Positions 28,221 to 41,437 of a stretch of DNA of 64,000 nt are shown here, piece after piece. Each line of letters begins with the position of its first letter. Position 1 is the stretch's first letter. The notes under the pieces were generated by a model, which saw only the letters and a program-made list of their open reading frames with translations, was not told where the DNA came from and searched no databases. The position numbers and the translations under genes were made by a program. The DNA comes from Camelus ferus (taxonomy: Eukaryota): contig NC_045696.1 in the NCBI RefSeq assembly GCF_009834535.1, positions 41,170,001 through 41,234,000 on the forward strand, given 5' to 3'.

Positions 28221-28259
28221 CTGTGTAGTCTCTTTTACAAGCGCTTGCTAAAAGTACTT

Positions 28260-28450
28260 GGTAACTCATCCTTACAGTAAGCATACGAAGTTGGAATTAG
28301 TATTTCTTTTGTACAGATGAGGAAACTGAGCCACAGAAAGAGATTAAGTAACATGCCCAGAGTTACACAGCTACTAAGTGGCAGCACTGGGATTCGAACC
28401 TAGGCAGAGTGTGGCTCTAAAACTTGTGTTTTTAACCACTCTTCTGTTAT
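28260..28450 (-). mobile_element. MIR SINE
   Basis: 'tacagatgaggaaactgag...attaagtaacatgcccagagttacacagcta...gggattcgaacctaggcag'. Confidence 0.8.
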
Positions 28451-29331
28451 TGCCCAAATAAAAAGAACTTAAAGAAGCTGTCTGCAGAATATCTTTTTTA
28501 ACTTCACTCCATTTACTTCTTTGTTCATTATTTTGGAAGAATTTTGAGTGTTCCATGTGTGAGAGAGCTAGGCCTTGTGTGGCAGATGGAAAGAACCAGA
28601 AAAGAGCCTGGCTAAAAGAGCTCCTGGCCTAAGAGGGAAGGTGGGACCTGATCAGAAAAGCAGAGTAGGAGTTGGTAAGGGTCATAATAGAAGTATACTC
28701 CATAGAAGCTCACGAGTGGAAAAAAGTATTTATGGGTGAAGAAGGCTTACCAGAAGTGGGAGTTTTAACTGGGTTTTAAGGAATGTTACATTTAGATATA
28801 TGAAAGTGGGACAGTGGAGGGAACAGTGATAGATGAGATGGAGGCAGAAGAATGTTAGATACATCATTGGAGGAATAGGGAATAGGTTAGTTTAGATGAA
28901 GGGGGCATATGAGAAGAGGAATTGTGAGGGCTTGGACCCTTAAATACCAAACTAGAGGGCTGAACTGAATTTCTGGGCAGTGGAGACCCACTGAAGAATG
29001 AAATGACAGTTTTGGTTGGTCTAAAAATTAGGTGGCATAAAGTAGAAGATACTGGTATGGCAGAGTTGAGTTTTGGTTTTTGCAGGAGTTTAGGACTCAG
29101 GAATGTAGCACCCCACACTGCAGGGAAGGGTTTCCAGTTGTATCTTTGGATTCTTAAGAGACTGGAGCAAAGGGAAAAAAAAAGTATATACACCAATATA
29201 AGAGGCTGTATTTGTGCTTATGCTTATTCTACAGTACTTTTATTTTTAGTGTCTTAACCAAATTTATTAATTGGGCTTGTTGGGGAAAGGTCTTGTATTA
29301 GAAACTGAACTGACTTTTCATGACCATCCAG

Positions 29332-29472
29332 GGCCACCCAGTGCTCCTGCAGAAGACCGTTCAGGAACTCCCGACAGCATTGCTTCCTCCTCTTCCGCAG
29401 CTCACCCGCCAGGAGTTCAGCCACAGCAGCCACCATATACAGGAGCTCAGACTCAAGCAGGTCAGAGTGAAG
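29332..29472 (+). CDS. TFG: TFG coding exon 5: (G)[46 protein letters not shown]
   Basis: atccag acceptor, AAG|gtaaaa donor at 29472 (alternative donor at 29460); 141 nt. Confidence 0.96.
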
Positions 29473-30499
29473 GTAAAATAGAACTTAGAGTTTGTGTGTG
29501 GTTGTTGCTAATGATGAAAAGCTTACACAGGCGTTCATGCCATGAGCCCGGTTGTGAAAAGTTTTGATTTACTGACATAGTTTGGGGTTAAAAAAACCAA
29601 ATAGAACAATATGTCAGGTATGCTTCCAGTTATTAAGGAAAAAAAAAACTAACAAAGTGTTCATATGAATATTAATACAGGGTGAATGATCAGGAAGGAT
29701 TCATACCAGTCACTAGTTAGTGGTGACCATGAGGGCAGAAGTGACCCATTGAGGTCACACTTTATTTTGTAATCTACTTAGGTGCAATTTTATTTCCTTC
29801 TCCCTTCCTCTCTTGCAACTGCGTATCATTTTTGTGATTTAAAATGACTTGAAGAATAGAGGTAAAGCATAACTTTAGTTAAGTAGTGTTTTGAAAAGAT
29901 AAATAGCCCTTTATATTTTTGTGCAGTTAGCAATATATCTTTTGGGGAAAAAGCAATGTATTTTAAATCAAAGTTTTCCTCTCTAAATGGTACATCCTTG
30001 GATGAGCAGTTCAGTCTCTGGGTTTTGATACCCTCCCACTGTAAATTTTAAATTGGACTAAACCCGTGGTTTTAAAAGAATGTCTTTAGTCCTGAATGAC
30101 ATAGAACTTGAAAGCTCAGTATTTAACAGGTAAAGGGGTCATTGCCAGGGTTGAAGGGGATTGAGGGGCCACATAGCTCAGGACAGCAAGCATGAGGTGC
30201 CTCACTGAAACCCTTGGAAGCTTTGTAGAATGTGGCTGCATGGTTACTGATCTAGGGTTCCTTCCAGATGTTGAAGAGTTATTTCTTTGAATTGCCCATG
30301 CATGGTAGGACTTTTAAAAACACACATTCTACTTTAAAACAAACACCAGATGGTGCTCTATTTGTATAAAGGGGCCAGGTGGTGGTATGATGTATTTTCA
30401 GCACCAAAAGCAAGTTTTTCAACACCGTAAGTGACTGAGTTTATCAATCACATTAAAACAAACAAACAATCTGTAGCCTAAAATGCACCAAGCACTTTT

Positions 30500-30678
30500 T
30501 TTTAATTGAAGTATAGTCAGCTTACAATGTTGTGTTAATTTCTGGTGTACAGCACAATACTTCAGTCATACAGGAACCTACCTATATTTGTTTTCATAGT
30601 CTTTTTAACCATAAATTACCACAAGATATTGAATATAGTTCCCTGTGCTATACAGTATGAACTTGTTTTGTTTTTTTA
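30500..30678 (-). mobile_element. Short young L1 3'-end insertion with TSD
   Basis: L1 3'UTR in reverse, flanked by the direct repeat accaagcactttt (30487-30499 and 30679-30691). Confidence 0.85.
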
Positions 30679-31442
30679 ACCAAGCACTTTTGTAGTAGAG
30701 TCCCAATTATCCTGTGGCCTTACTTTTAGAGTTGTCCCATTGGGTGCATGCTAGTCATCTGGACTAGCAGGTGGCAGTTTGCTGATGTATGAGTGGTTCT
30801 GGGAAGAATTTCTTACTGCTTAAGCCTTTTTTCAACCGCCTGTAGTCTTTCCTTTGTACCAGGTTGCAACTGCCAAAACTGGAACAAGCTAGAATTGAAG
30901 CAGATGTGTCTGAAACAGGGAGGCAAAAGCAGAGTGCCAGAGATATGATGGGAGTTTAATGGCTGTATCAGGTGAACTAACATTTCTTAAAAAAAAAAAA
31001 AAAAAAAGTCCCATTTGAAGCAGTGCATCCTGTTGTAGGATGGAAGTTGGAAGGGTAATTGTACCAAATAATGTTTTCTGTTCACTTATAAAGGAATGGG
31101 ATTTAAGGCTGTACTAACAATATCTCAAATTATTCTATTAGGGATTTGTTTAAATGGCAAATTTATTTTCAAATAGGTAAAATTCTAAAAATATGAAAGG
31201 ATATACAGTGCAAATTTGAAAATTCTCCCACTTCTGACTCTAGCAACCAAGTTCCATTTTCTGGAGACATCAGATTAAGACCATATGATATGAATGGATT
31301 CCTTTAGGGTGGCATTAATTGTATACCTTATAAAATGTTACTTTTTTTAGTTTACATTAAAACTTACAACATAAAAAATTATAAAGTTATTATAATGGGA
31401 CATTAATCAATAGATTAGCATTCTAGAGGTGAATCTCTAGAT

Positions 31443-31758
31443 TAGTGCTGTCCAAAAGAAATACAGTGGAAGCCACATGTAATTTAAAATTTTCTATTAG
31501 CCACATTAAAAAAAAGTTTCTAAAAAAAGGTAAAATTAATTTTCATTATACATTTTATTTAATCCACTCTATCCAGTGTATCAACACGTAATCGTTATTA
31601 AAAAGTTAATGTTTTATATTGTTTTTCATACTGCTTATTGGAGATCTGGGGTATGACACTGATTTGAAACACAGCGTATCACAGTTAAGACTAGCCCCGG
31701 CTCAGGTGCTTATCAGTAGCCATGTGTGGCCAGTGTCGATTGTACTGGGTGGCACAGC
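31443..31758. mobile_element. MER33-like hAT-Charlie MITE
   Basis: 'gtgctgtccaaaagaaatac...agccacatgtaatttaaaattttctattagccacatt' and, at the other end, 'tagccatgtgtggccagtg...gcacag'. Confidence 0.7.
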
Positions 31759-32759
31759 TCTAGGTTAGTGTAGCAGTTATTTATACGTTCCCAACATGAA
31801 TTATAGACTACTTTAATGAATACTTTATGATGTGTGATGTGTAGTGAGTCCCTGACAGCACCAGTTAGTTAGATCAACTGCTCATCATAATTTGAGCAGA
31901 ATAATCAACAAAAAAATCTATTACGTATAATTGATTAACATAGCAATCTCTTAGATGTGAAATAATCTAAAAGTAAATAATTCTCGGTTCTTAAATTCGA
32001 TAAAAGGGACATCGGATTTGTACATTTTTTTTTCAAGAATTTTAATCTTAATATGTGTTGTTCAGTTAAAAGGATCAACAAAATGTTAAGCATCATGAAT
32101 AGAAATAAAATGGACAGTATTATCTTTTTCAGATAAAGTGAGTGCCTCTGTTACTGGAAAGCCACATGCAGTTGAGTGGTTGCCAAAAACATAGATAAGT
32201 GGTGAGGATACAGAGAAGAGCGCTAAAAATCATCAAAGACCAGGAAGTATTGCTCTTTGACAAACTAAAAAGGTGGAAAGGATATAATTAAAATCTATAA
32301 AATCATGTGGTAATATAATGATAAGCTGAGTAGACTTTTAAAGTAGCTTTTATTATGTAAATTTTGAAACGTATGTAAAAGTAGAGCTAGAATAATCAAC
32401 TCTTCATGTTTCCATCACGTGGCTTCAACACTTACCGGTATTTTCGCATTCGTTTTTACCTACTACTCCCTCTGCTACTTTTCACTCGATGATTTCAGTG
32501 TGCCTGTCTAGATGATAACCTTTTCTTTTTAGCAATACCACCATGTCATTATCACACGCAACAAAATTAGGTGATTCTTAAAGTCAACACATACATACAT
32601 ATTTGAACTTCCCTACTTGTCTCTTGATTACCTTATTACAGTCAGTGGCTTGTTCAAATCAGGAGTCTAACAGGGTTCACTTTCCCATTTGTGTGTCTTA
32701 AGATTTTCTTTTTTCTATAGCTGTCAACCCTGCATGTTTTTAAAGTCAAAACTACGTAT

Positions 32760-33320
32760 ATTCATCATCTACGGCTATGTAACAATTTATCCCAAAACAT
32801 AGATGCTTAAAACATTTATTATCTTACAGTTTGAGAGTTAGGGATGTGGGAGCAGCTTAGCTTGGTGGTTTTAGGTCAGGGTCTCTTATGAAGTTGCAGT
32901 CACCTGAAGCTTAACCTGAGCTGAAGGATCCACTTCTAAGAGGACTCCCTCACACGGTTGTTGCAGGAGGCTTCAGTTCCTCACCACGTGGACGTCATAG
33001 GCTGCTTGGATGACCTCATGACGTGGCAGCTCCCACCACAACGAATGATCAAGAGAGAGTAATAGTGGGTGGCTGTCTTTCACAGCCTGTCCTCAGAAAT
33101 GTCACTGTCATGTGTGCAGTATTCTAATGGTATATAGGTCAGCACTATTCAGTGTGAGGGGACTATACGAGAGAATGGACACTCACGTGTTTATTGCTTA
33201 TTTTTGTGTTGTGGAGTTAATCTTTGTTAATTTCTGAAAAAATGTAAAGGATACCAGCCCCTTGTCATATGCTCTATCTGTGCAGGAGTCACTGAGGGTA
33301 ATCATGGAGGCTGGCTGCCA
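32760..33320. mobile_element. MLT1 (MaLR) LTR relic
   Basis: 'gtaacaatttatcccaaaacatagatgcttaaaacatttattatcttacag...ggatccacttctaag' are MLT1E/F-like motifs. Confidence 0.6.
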
Positions 33321-33466
33321 GTCCGTGTAACAAAGTGCAGTCCCAGAAGGCTCACCATTACTCTTTGCTTCGTCCCATTCTCATTCTCCCCTTAGAAAAT
33401 GTTTTTTATGACTCTAACCTTTTTCTACCATTGATTCTTTCTAAATATAATACACAAAACATAGCT

Positions 33467-33512
33467 TTTATATATATATACTTTATATAATATATATATA
33501 CACACACACATA
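33467..33512. repeat. Compound (TA)n(CA)n microsatellite
   Basis: tatatatatata...tatatatatacacacacaca. Confidence 0.75.
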
Positions 33513-35353
33513 CTTTTTCTTCCAATCATAGCTTACTCTAAACTGTGTTGGCATCTTGCTTTTTCACTTAATAGATCCTGTAGCTGTCTCTTTCTTCAAA
33601 TATACTAAGTTGTTCCTCCTTTTTTACCACTAAGCACATACTTCATAATTAAGTTTCACAATATTGTGACAATACTGTGACTGAGTCCCGTTTTAGACTT
33701 GAGTGAAGTGTGTTTACAATAAATAAAAGGAATACTTTGTAGAGAGAGTAAACGTCTGAAACTCTTAACTCCAGGGATGGTGTTTTCACAATGAATTTGA
33801 AGCAGAGTAAGAGAAAAATAGAACCTGCACTTGCTTTAAGAATAGCTGTCCCCTGTCTTTTTTTTTTAGGAAAACAATTAGGCTTTTTTGAGTGAGAGTT
33901 CCTTAGAATCATTGCTGGCAGCTGTCTACTATATGGAGGTTAATCTCAGGCTTTCCGATGATACCAAAGTTAATATTTACATAAATGAGATAACGTGTAC
34001 AGAACTCCTTTTAAACTAATGCTCTAGGGTTTTATGCCTGCGTTCCGGGGATGGCTCTTACTAGCTGTGATGTATTAATTCCAGGTGAGTTGCTTAATCT
34101 TTCTGTATCTGAAATAGGGATTGCTAATGAGGTTGACTTTTTAACTGGAAAATAGTTAAGCAAATTTTATTTCTATCATAAAAAGCATACAGCTGCTTGC
34201 TGGGAAATAAGCTGGCTATAAATACAGGCATAGCTCATTTAGTGCTGCAGTACGTCGGGCTGAGCAGCCGGCCCGGTAGCGTGGGTTCTGTCCCTGGATC
34301 TCAGCCTGTGAGCACTGCTCCTCAGTTGGAATGGCGCTGGGTAATGCACTGACTTTTTTTCACTAGTTGTCTTTTTCTGCCCATAAGTATGCTATTTACC
34401 CATAGTCTTCTGACTAACAGCAGGTAAGTTTGAATATTTTTTAAAGAATTAGCAACATTTAATTATTTTAAACATTTAAATACTAGCTAGATTTTTTAAA
34501 AAATTTAAATATTTGCTAGATATTACAACGCAAGTTTTATTGCTACTCTAGGCATTAGATCTGGCTAAATCCACTGTTAGAACAACTGTAAAGTAGTAGA
34601 CATGATAAAGACATGAACCAATAAATCCTTGCTTGCTTGGAAATCACCTGTAATAGCAGTATCTATCTAAAAGGTTTCTCCATAGAAACTATGGTCTGCT
34701 GACCCCAAGTAAGACTTCCATTTCTAAGAACTCATCACCAGGGTTAAACACGTGTGCCATTATTCAAAGGGGAACTGGGAACCACTTCAGCTTTAGCAGA
34801 GGCCACATGATTGGGTAGGATACTCAGATGATGAAAAGCAAACTGTTGTCAAATGCCAAGTGTGTCTTTGAGGCCTGGAATGAAAGATGTAGGTCCTTGC
34901 TACCAAAGAGTCCATTAATATGGCAACAAAGGTTCAAGCCTTTAGATATCAAAAGACAGGGCTTTGGGAAAGATTTAGGAGCTATTAATGGTATTTGTCC
35001 CTTTTTTCAGATTTTTATTTATTGAATTTTGACTCATTTGATTTTTTACTGAACATTAGCAGTACATATCTGTTGGCATTTGGGTTTGAAAACATTTGTT
35101 TTTCTGGACTTTATGAAGTAACCACTAGTGTTATTTGCTGCAAGTTAATCCGCAGCAGAGTGTCCACATCTATCTGTTAAACTGTTCATTCTCTTCTTCT
35201 TCGGAGACATCTGAAGAGGGAACAGACACATTCTTGTGTCTTGGTACTCAGTGTATTTCTGTGTGAAGGGGGAGAGAATTAAATGTGTCTTAAAAAAAAT
35301 TTCTCTTCTGCTCAGTTAAACCTGCCCCTTTCCCTGTGTCTTGTGCTCTGTAG

Positions 35354-35443
35354 GTCAGATGTACCAGCAGTACCCACAGCAGGCGGGCTACGGCACCCAG
35401 CAGCCGCCGGCGCCGGCACAGCCGTACGGTGTCCAGTATTCAG
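35354..35443 (+). CDS. TFG: TFG coding exon 6: (G)[31 protein letters not shown]-rich low-complexity domain
   Basis: ctgtag acceptor after a pyrimidine tract, CAG|gtgagc donor; 90 nt, phase 1-1. Confidence 0.94.
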
Positions 35444-36909
35444 GTGAGCACGTGTCCAGGGGGCGCTGGCTCGTGGTTTTGAGCAGTTTCTAGACTCATT
35501 AAATTTTAATTCTTTCCTCTTAATCCCTTGATTTGCAATACTTTGCATTGTTATAGTAGCTATGAAGTATTTATTGGGGAAAATCATTTATTTATTAAAA
35601 TATTTTGCATAAATATTTTATTGTAAATCACCATTTCAGTTTTCCAGTGGGCAAGTAAAACTTATAGTCATAGTAGGTGATTTCTGTAATAACTTGTAGT
35701 ATAAAAAAGTTTTTAATACAAAGCTATCTCCTCCTGTACTTCCTGGGTGATTTAAAACTACAAAAATGCAGTATTTTTTCCTCCATTATATGTGACACAT
35801 AATCCCAGTGTACTCTTAGTACCTGTAAAACTATTAACAGTTCCCTCATACATGGAAAGAGGCGATCTTATAAAATAAGAACCAAATTGAGCTACTTAGG
35901 TTTTTAAATCTCCCAAAAGTATGTAGGAATACCAAAAACAGGCCCTAAAAGTAGAATTGTGTGAAACATTTCAGGCAACTAACTAAGAACATAAAAATCT
36001 CTTCAGTGTAGCTTTGAATAGTGTGGTTATAATTCACGTAATTTTTACATTTGTTATATCTGAGAATTTGTGTTCAACTCTTGTTTTACAGCCAAAGATT
36101 TAAGTATCAAAATTTCAAATTTCAAAAAATTAAATTTTAAAAAATTAAAGGATTAATTTTACAATACAAAAATGAGAAAAACAGGCAGTAAATACATGGA
36201 GGGGGAAGTCAGCCTCATTAGCAGTCCCTTTTTCAGGTACAGAAAGATTAAGCAGCTTACCTGGAGTCAATACATCATAGCTAGTAAGAACCATCCCTGG
36301 AGCCCAGGCATAAATCTAGAGCGTTAGTTTAAAGAGTTTTGTACACATTACCTCATTTATATAGATATTAACTTAGGTATCATCTGAGGTTAACCTCCAT
36401 GCAGTAGACGGCTGCCATCAATGATTCTAAGAAACTCCACTCAAAAAAGCCTAATTGTTTTACTCAATAAAAAATGACAGGGGACAACTATTCTTAAAGC
36501 AAGAATATGCTGTTTTTTTCTTACTCTGCTTCAAACTCGCTGTGTGAAAACGTCACCTCTGGGGTTAAAAGTTTGAGACCTTGCGGCTCCCAAAGCGTAG
36601 AATTACTTACTGTCTAGTCCTTTACAGAAAAATGTTTCTTGTCCCCTGAACTAGACCATTAAATTCTATCATCGGAGTTTAACGTATTTCGACACACACA
36701 GCAGTTTTTATTTGGATTGTATTTCTGTAGAGTGATTTAACCTATAGTGGCTAGTTTTTAATTATATAAAATAGGTGGACTGAATTAAACTTGGACTGTG
36801 ATATTGGGGGAAGGTTATTTTTAGGATGTAGTCCTTTAAACAGAAACTAGTGTTACAAATTATATAATTTGTGGAAATAATAGAGTGGAACAGACCTAGT
36901 TATCTAATC

Positions 36910-37092
36910 CAGGGGATTTCAGCCTTCACTGTGCCTCAGAATCACCTGGAGAGGTGTTTTTTGTTTTTTGTTTTGAAATTTACAGCGGCCTCTGAGAGAT
37001 CTTGTTTCATTTGGTTGGGGGTGGGACTCAGGCTTTGATATTTTAAAAGCATCAGAAATCATTCTAAACTGCAGCCAGGGTGGGGACCACTG
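36910..37092. mobile_element. MER5A-like MITE
   Basis: 'cagaatcacctggagag...attctaaactgcagccagggtggggaccactg'. Confidence 0.7.
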
Positions 37093-39063
37093 ATCCTGTC
37101 CCACCCATTCATTTTCTACCTGAGGCATGAGGGTTTACGGAGTTGCGATGCATTGAAGCCACTTAGTGGGGGAGCTAGACCAGAACCCAGTACACTTGAC
37201 TTCACAGTAAATTGCTTACCTCTGTCATTCTGTGTTCTCCATTCTAGACCAGGGGTTGGCAGGCTTTCCTGCAAACATAAAAGGCTACGTAGTAAATATT
37301 TTAGGCTTTGTGGACTGTATGACTCCTTGTCTTGTACTATTCACTTACTCAGAAAACCACAGAATTTCCATTTTTTTTTGCCATTTCTGTGTTTTTCACC
37401 AAAGTTACTCATTGATTTTGTTTTCCAAGGGAGGGGATGGTGGTGGGGAGGGAGACTATATACATTAATAGAGGTATTGCCACATTATGGTCAAAGACTT
37501 GTAGGTTGCTAATGAAACAGCATCTTAGGCCCTTAGGTTATTCCCTCTCCTGAGAAATAAAGGATATGGTTGTCCCCAGATTCTGTTAAAAAGGCAGTTT
37601 AGATTTCATTTGCCAGGATGAAAAGACAGCTTTTTTTTGCTCACAATCTTAAGTTGAACAGACATTTTCAATATAAAAGCTGAGTCCTTCTGTTTTTCCA
37701 AAAACTTACAATAAAAAAAAAATTATGTAGAAGACAGGAGAAGTTGTATGACTTTCAAGTTTTTATCATGAATTGACATTAGTTCAGTATTTGGATACTA
37801 CTGTGAGTAAAATGCTTTAGATATATGAATTACTAACAAAAAATTAAGCTTGCTTTTAATGATTTTAGTTAGGTCGTCACTGAGTAAAATTTAGTTCTTT
37901 TCAAATTATTATCTTTGTATTTCTGATCCTGCTAGTCCTATTAACTTGAATTTGGGAGATATGGAAATAGTCAACTAAATACTCTGCTTGGAGACTGTAA
38001 GTGGTGGTGGTAACACTGGACCATGTTTGACACTCTGCTGGTTTGGCAGTTTCCCTCTGTGACCTTTTCCAGTTTTGTTCATGGACTATGTCAAAAAGAT
38101 TTCTTTCATGAGTAAATTTTGAACCCAGGTTCAAGGTGAGTTCAGAATATACTCAAATTCATTCAATCCTTTTTATTTTTTTTAATGCAGGGTTGTACAT
38201 ATTTTAATAATTTTCTTATGTATCTGGTATTTAATGCTGACAGGATTCCAGTCAATGGAGAGGTTTCATTGCAAGTAGCTGCAGGTGTGTTTCATGGTAG
38301 AGATAAAAGTTTTTAGTGAAGCAGACTTTTTCTTTTAAAAAAAATTTACATCCTAGTAAATAATGAATATAGATGTTGATTTTTGTGGGTCAATATGATA
38401 TGCTTTCTGTGTGTTACGTTGTTACTGCTGAACCAGAATTTGGAATTGTAAAGGCAAAAACATCAGATACCAAATCTAAAAGGAAGATTTTAAGGATTGT
38501 GAAAATGGGCATTTAATGCTTATTCTTAAATGGCTTAGTTCTTATACAGTGACTAAACCTTAAAGCATCTCATTAGTACAGTAAGATGTCTCTGTTGCAC
38601 CGCTGTTTCATTTAAAAATATTCATTCTCTATAATGTGTTTTTATTTGGTACTGTTATTAAATAGGCCTCCCCTCAAAATAAGGTTAATGACTAGCCTTT
38701 GCATTAATTCCTACATTTATCATATGAACATCTACTCTATACTGGGAGTTACGCCAGAACACGAATTTGCTGTCAGGGATTATATAGTCTAGGAGGAGTT
38801 GAAGTAGAAGAAATGTGTAAATAATGGTTTTAATTTAAGATTAGAGGGTTTAAAGAATTGTATAGAAAGTGCTTCTTTTATACTATGTGGTCTTGAAATA
38901 GTATTAAATGATGGAATCTACCTACTCTACTTGTTACATAAATACTTAGGATTAAGTTTGTTAAATTTCTCATCATTTTTGGTCCATAGCAGTAAGAAAG
39001 ACTCATTCTCTGGAAAACATTCACCAAAAGAAAGAATAAAATATGTATGTTTTACCTTTTCAG

Positions 39064-39446
39064 CAGGCTATAGTCAGCAGACTGGACCCCAACAACCTCA
39101 GCAGTTCCAGGGATACGGCCAGCAGCCAACTTCGCAGGCACCGGCTCCTGCCTTTTCCGGTCAGCCGCAGCAGATGCCTGCTCACCCGCCACAGCAGTAC
39201 CAGGCGAGCAGTTACCCGCCACAGACTTACAGTGCCCAGACTTCTCAGCCTGCTAATTATACCGTGGCCCCTGCCACACAGCCCGGAATGGCTCCAAGCC
39301 AGCCTGGGGCCTATCAACCAAGACCAGGTTTTACTCCACCTCCTGGAAGTACCATGACCCCTCTTCCAAGTGGGCCTAACCCTTATGCGCGTAACCGGCC
39401 TCCCTTTGGTCAGGGCTATACCCAGCCTGGACCAGGGTATCGGTAA
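39064..39446 (+). CDS. TFG: TFG last coding exon: (A)[20 protein letters not shown]...[23 protein letters not shown]
   Basis: ttttcag acceptor; TAA at 39444-39446; C-terminus recognisable as TFG. The summed CDS is 1185 nt = 394 aa plus stop, in frame. Confidence 0.97.
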
Positions 39447-39854
39447 AGAGGCTCAGTTACACTGATGAATGTAGCTGCCAGCTGTTTGCCTCCCAAAAGA
39501 CTCCAGTGCTGCAATTTTAATTTGTATTGAAGTTCAGAAATTTAAAAAGCATTTTTTTATGATGTTGCTGTTAATTGAAAGTATAATTTGCTGGGAAAAA
39601 AAAAGACCAAAATGAAAGTTTTTTTCCTCCCCTGCTTAAAAGTGTAGCAGCTTCCTAGTTATTTTGGAACACTACTCTTACATGTGTGTCAAGTGATTGA
39701 CTTTCTCGCTTGCCTTGTCCAGAGGATACTAAAACGCTAGGTTGAAGTTTAGCCATCTTACTTGGCTTTTTACTATTAACATGATGTACTAAAGTAGATT
39801 CGTTTGAGAAGACTAGATATTATGTATAAAATGTAACATTGATGATGATAGGTT

Positions 39855-39860
39855 AATAAA
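39855..39860 (+). terminator. TFG: Probable TFG polyadenylation signal AATAAA
   Basis: First canonical AATAAA I found in the 3'UTR, about 410 nt after the stop, followed by a T/GT-rich downstream region. Confidence 0.65.
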
Positions 39861-40213
39861 AGTGATTGATTGAATCCATTAGTGGTCTTGTAATTTAATT
39901 TAGTTATTGACACTATATATACATGAGAAAAAAGGCAAGAAACAGAAATCCTTATTGATGTTTTGGTCTTAAAATGAAATACAGACATTTTAACTTACAG
40001 TTTTATATTTAGAGAAGTACAGTGCTGTTTGGTTTTGTCCTGACTTTGGCTTACAACAATGAGACTTTAAAACATTTTTCAAAAAAGACAGTTTAGCATT
40101 ATATAAAAACCAATAGATTCAGTATTAAAAGGCTTGGTAGACCCCAAATAATTTGAGTTTCCTTATAAAGATGAACCATTCAGAATCCGTCTTAAAAATA
40201 AAAAGTACATCTC

Positions 40214-40219
40214 TTTATT
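40214..40219 (-). terminator. ABI3BP: Probable ABI3BP polyadenylation signal (AATAAA on - strand)
   Basis: TTTATT on the + strand, about 1.1 kb downstream of the ABI3BP stop, just before the TFG 3' end. Confidence 0.55.
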
Positions 40220-41305
40220 GCAGAGGTTTTACTTGTTTGAAAAATATAAAATGTAGTATTGATAAAATTGAAACACGTGGAAAGGTAAGCACTGAAAGGT
40301 CCTTAAAAGAATGAGGGCAACAATGCAGCTTCCCTGCCTCTCTCCAAATGAAGGAAAACAGTACTTTAAATAAAAATGAGATTTTCATACAGATTGAGTT
40401 AGCATTATGAAAACAACCTTTGATACATTCATTGCTAAAAGATCTGTGTAAAAAATGGCCTGTAAAATGGCAGGGATCTCATCACGTCTTATCCTTGCGT
40501 GCTTAGACTTTACTAGCCAGCTTCCGTATACAGCTTGATTAGAATGATGTTAAAAACAGTATGAGTGCAACTGCTTAAACGGACAGTTTGACAAAGAACA
40601 TTTAGACACTGTAACATTTAAGGGCAGAGAAAGAACAAAATATGTATCTTGAAATGATATATCGGATTCTCAATCCATTTTCAGCTGAAATAAAATTTAC
40701 TGATTCAGTCTTTTCAGTAATTTGCAAATATTTAAGGAAGTGTATATTAGCATGAATAGGTAACTATTTAAATGCTTCAGAAAAGCTGTTCAGCTGTTGC
40801 TAAAGAGTTGAAGTTTAAATAAACGTGAATATTAAGACTTTCCCCACCCCACAGATATATATGATGAAGATAATTTGCTCTAATAAGTTAAACCAAGTAG
40901 AGATTTATGGAGTTAACTCACCAGTGGGAAGAATACACAATAAAAGTAAATTTTTTTAAAAGTATATTAGTTTTTTGATGTTAATTTTGTTATAAAAGTA
41001 TCTTAAAACATCATTACAACAGTGTGATAAATAATAAACAAATGATCTCTTAAAATACCATGAACAGGGAGCCAGCTTCCCCAAAATGTTATTCTGTTAA
41101 TATCTTGCTTTCTTAAAATGACTTTGTAAAACCTGATAAATATTCTTAGCAGTCTTTCTAATAAACATCTAATATTGCTATTAATTAGATTTTAAACTTT
41201 TATACATAGTAAACATAAGAGCTTTAAATGCATGTGACACATACCACATACCATACTGTTTCCAATTATTTTTGGCCATGGTGAGACAGAACATCACTGC
41301 AGCAT

Positions 41306-41437
<132 letters not shown>

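Noticed and set aside
39043..39357. Alternative-frame and antisense ORFs over the TFG last exon
   Set aside because: Shadows of a P/Q-rich coding exon that begin in the intron; no independent support.
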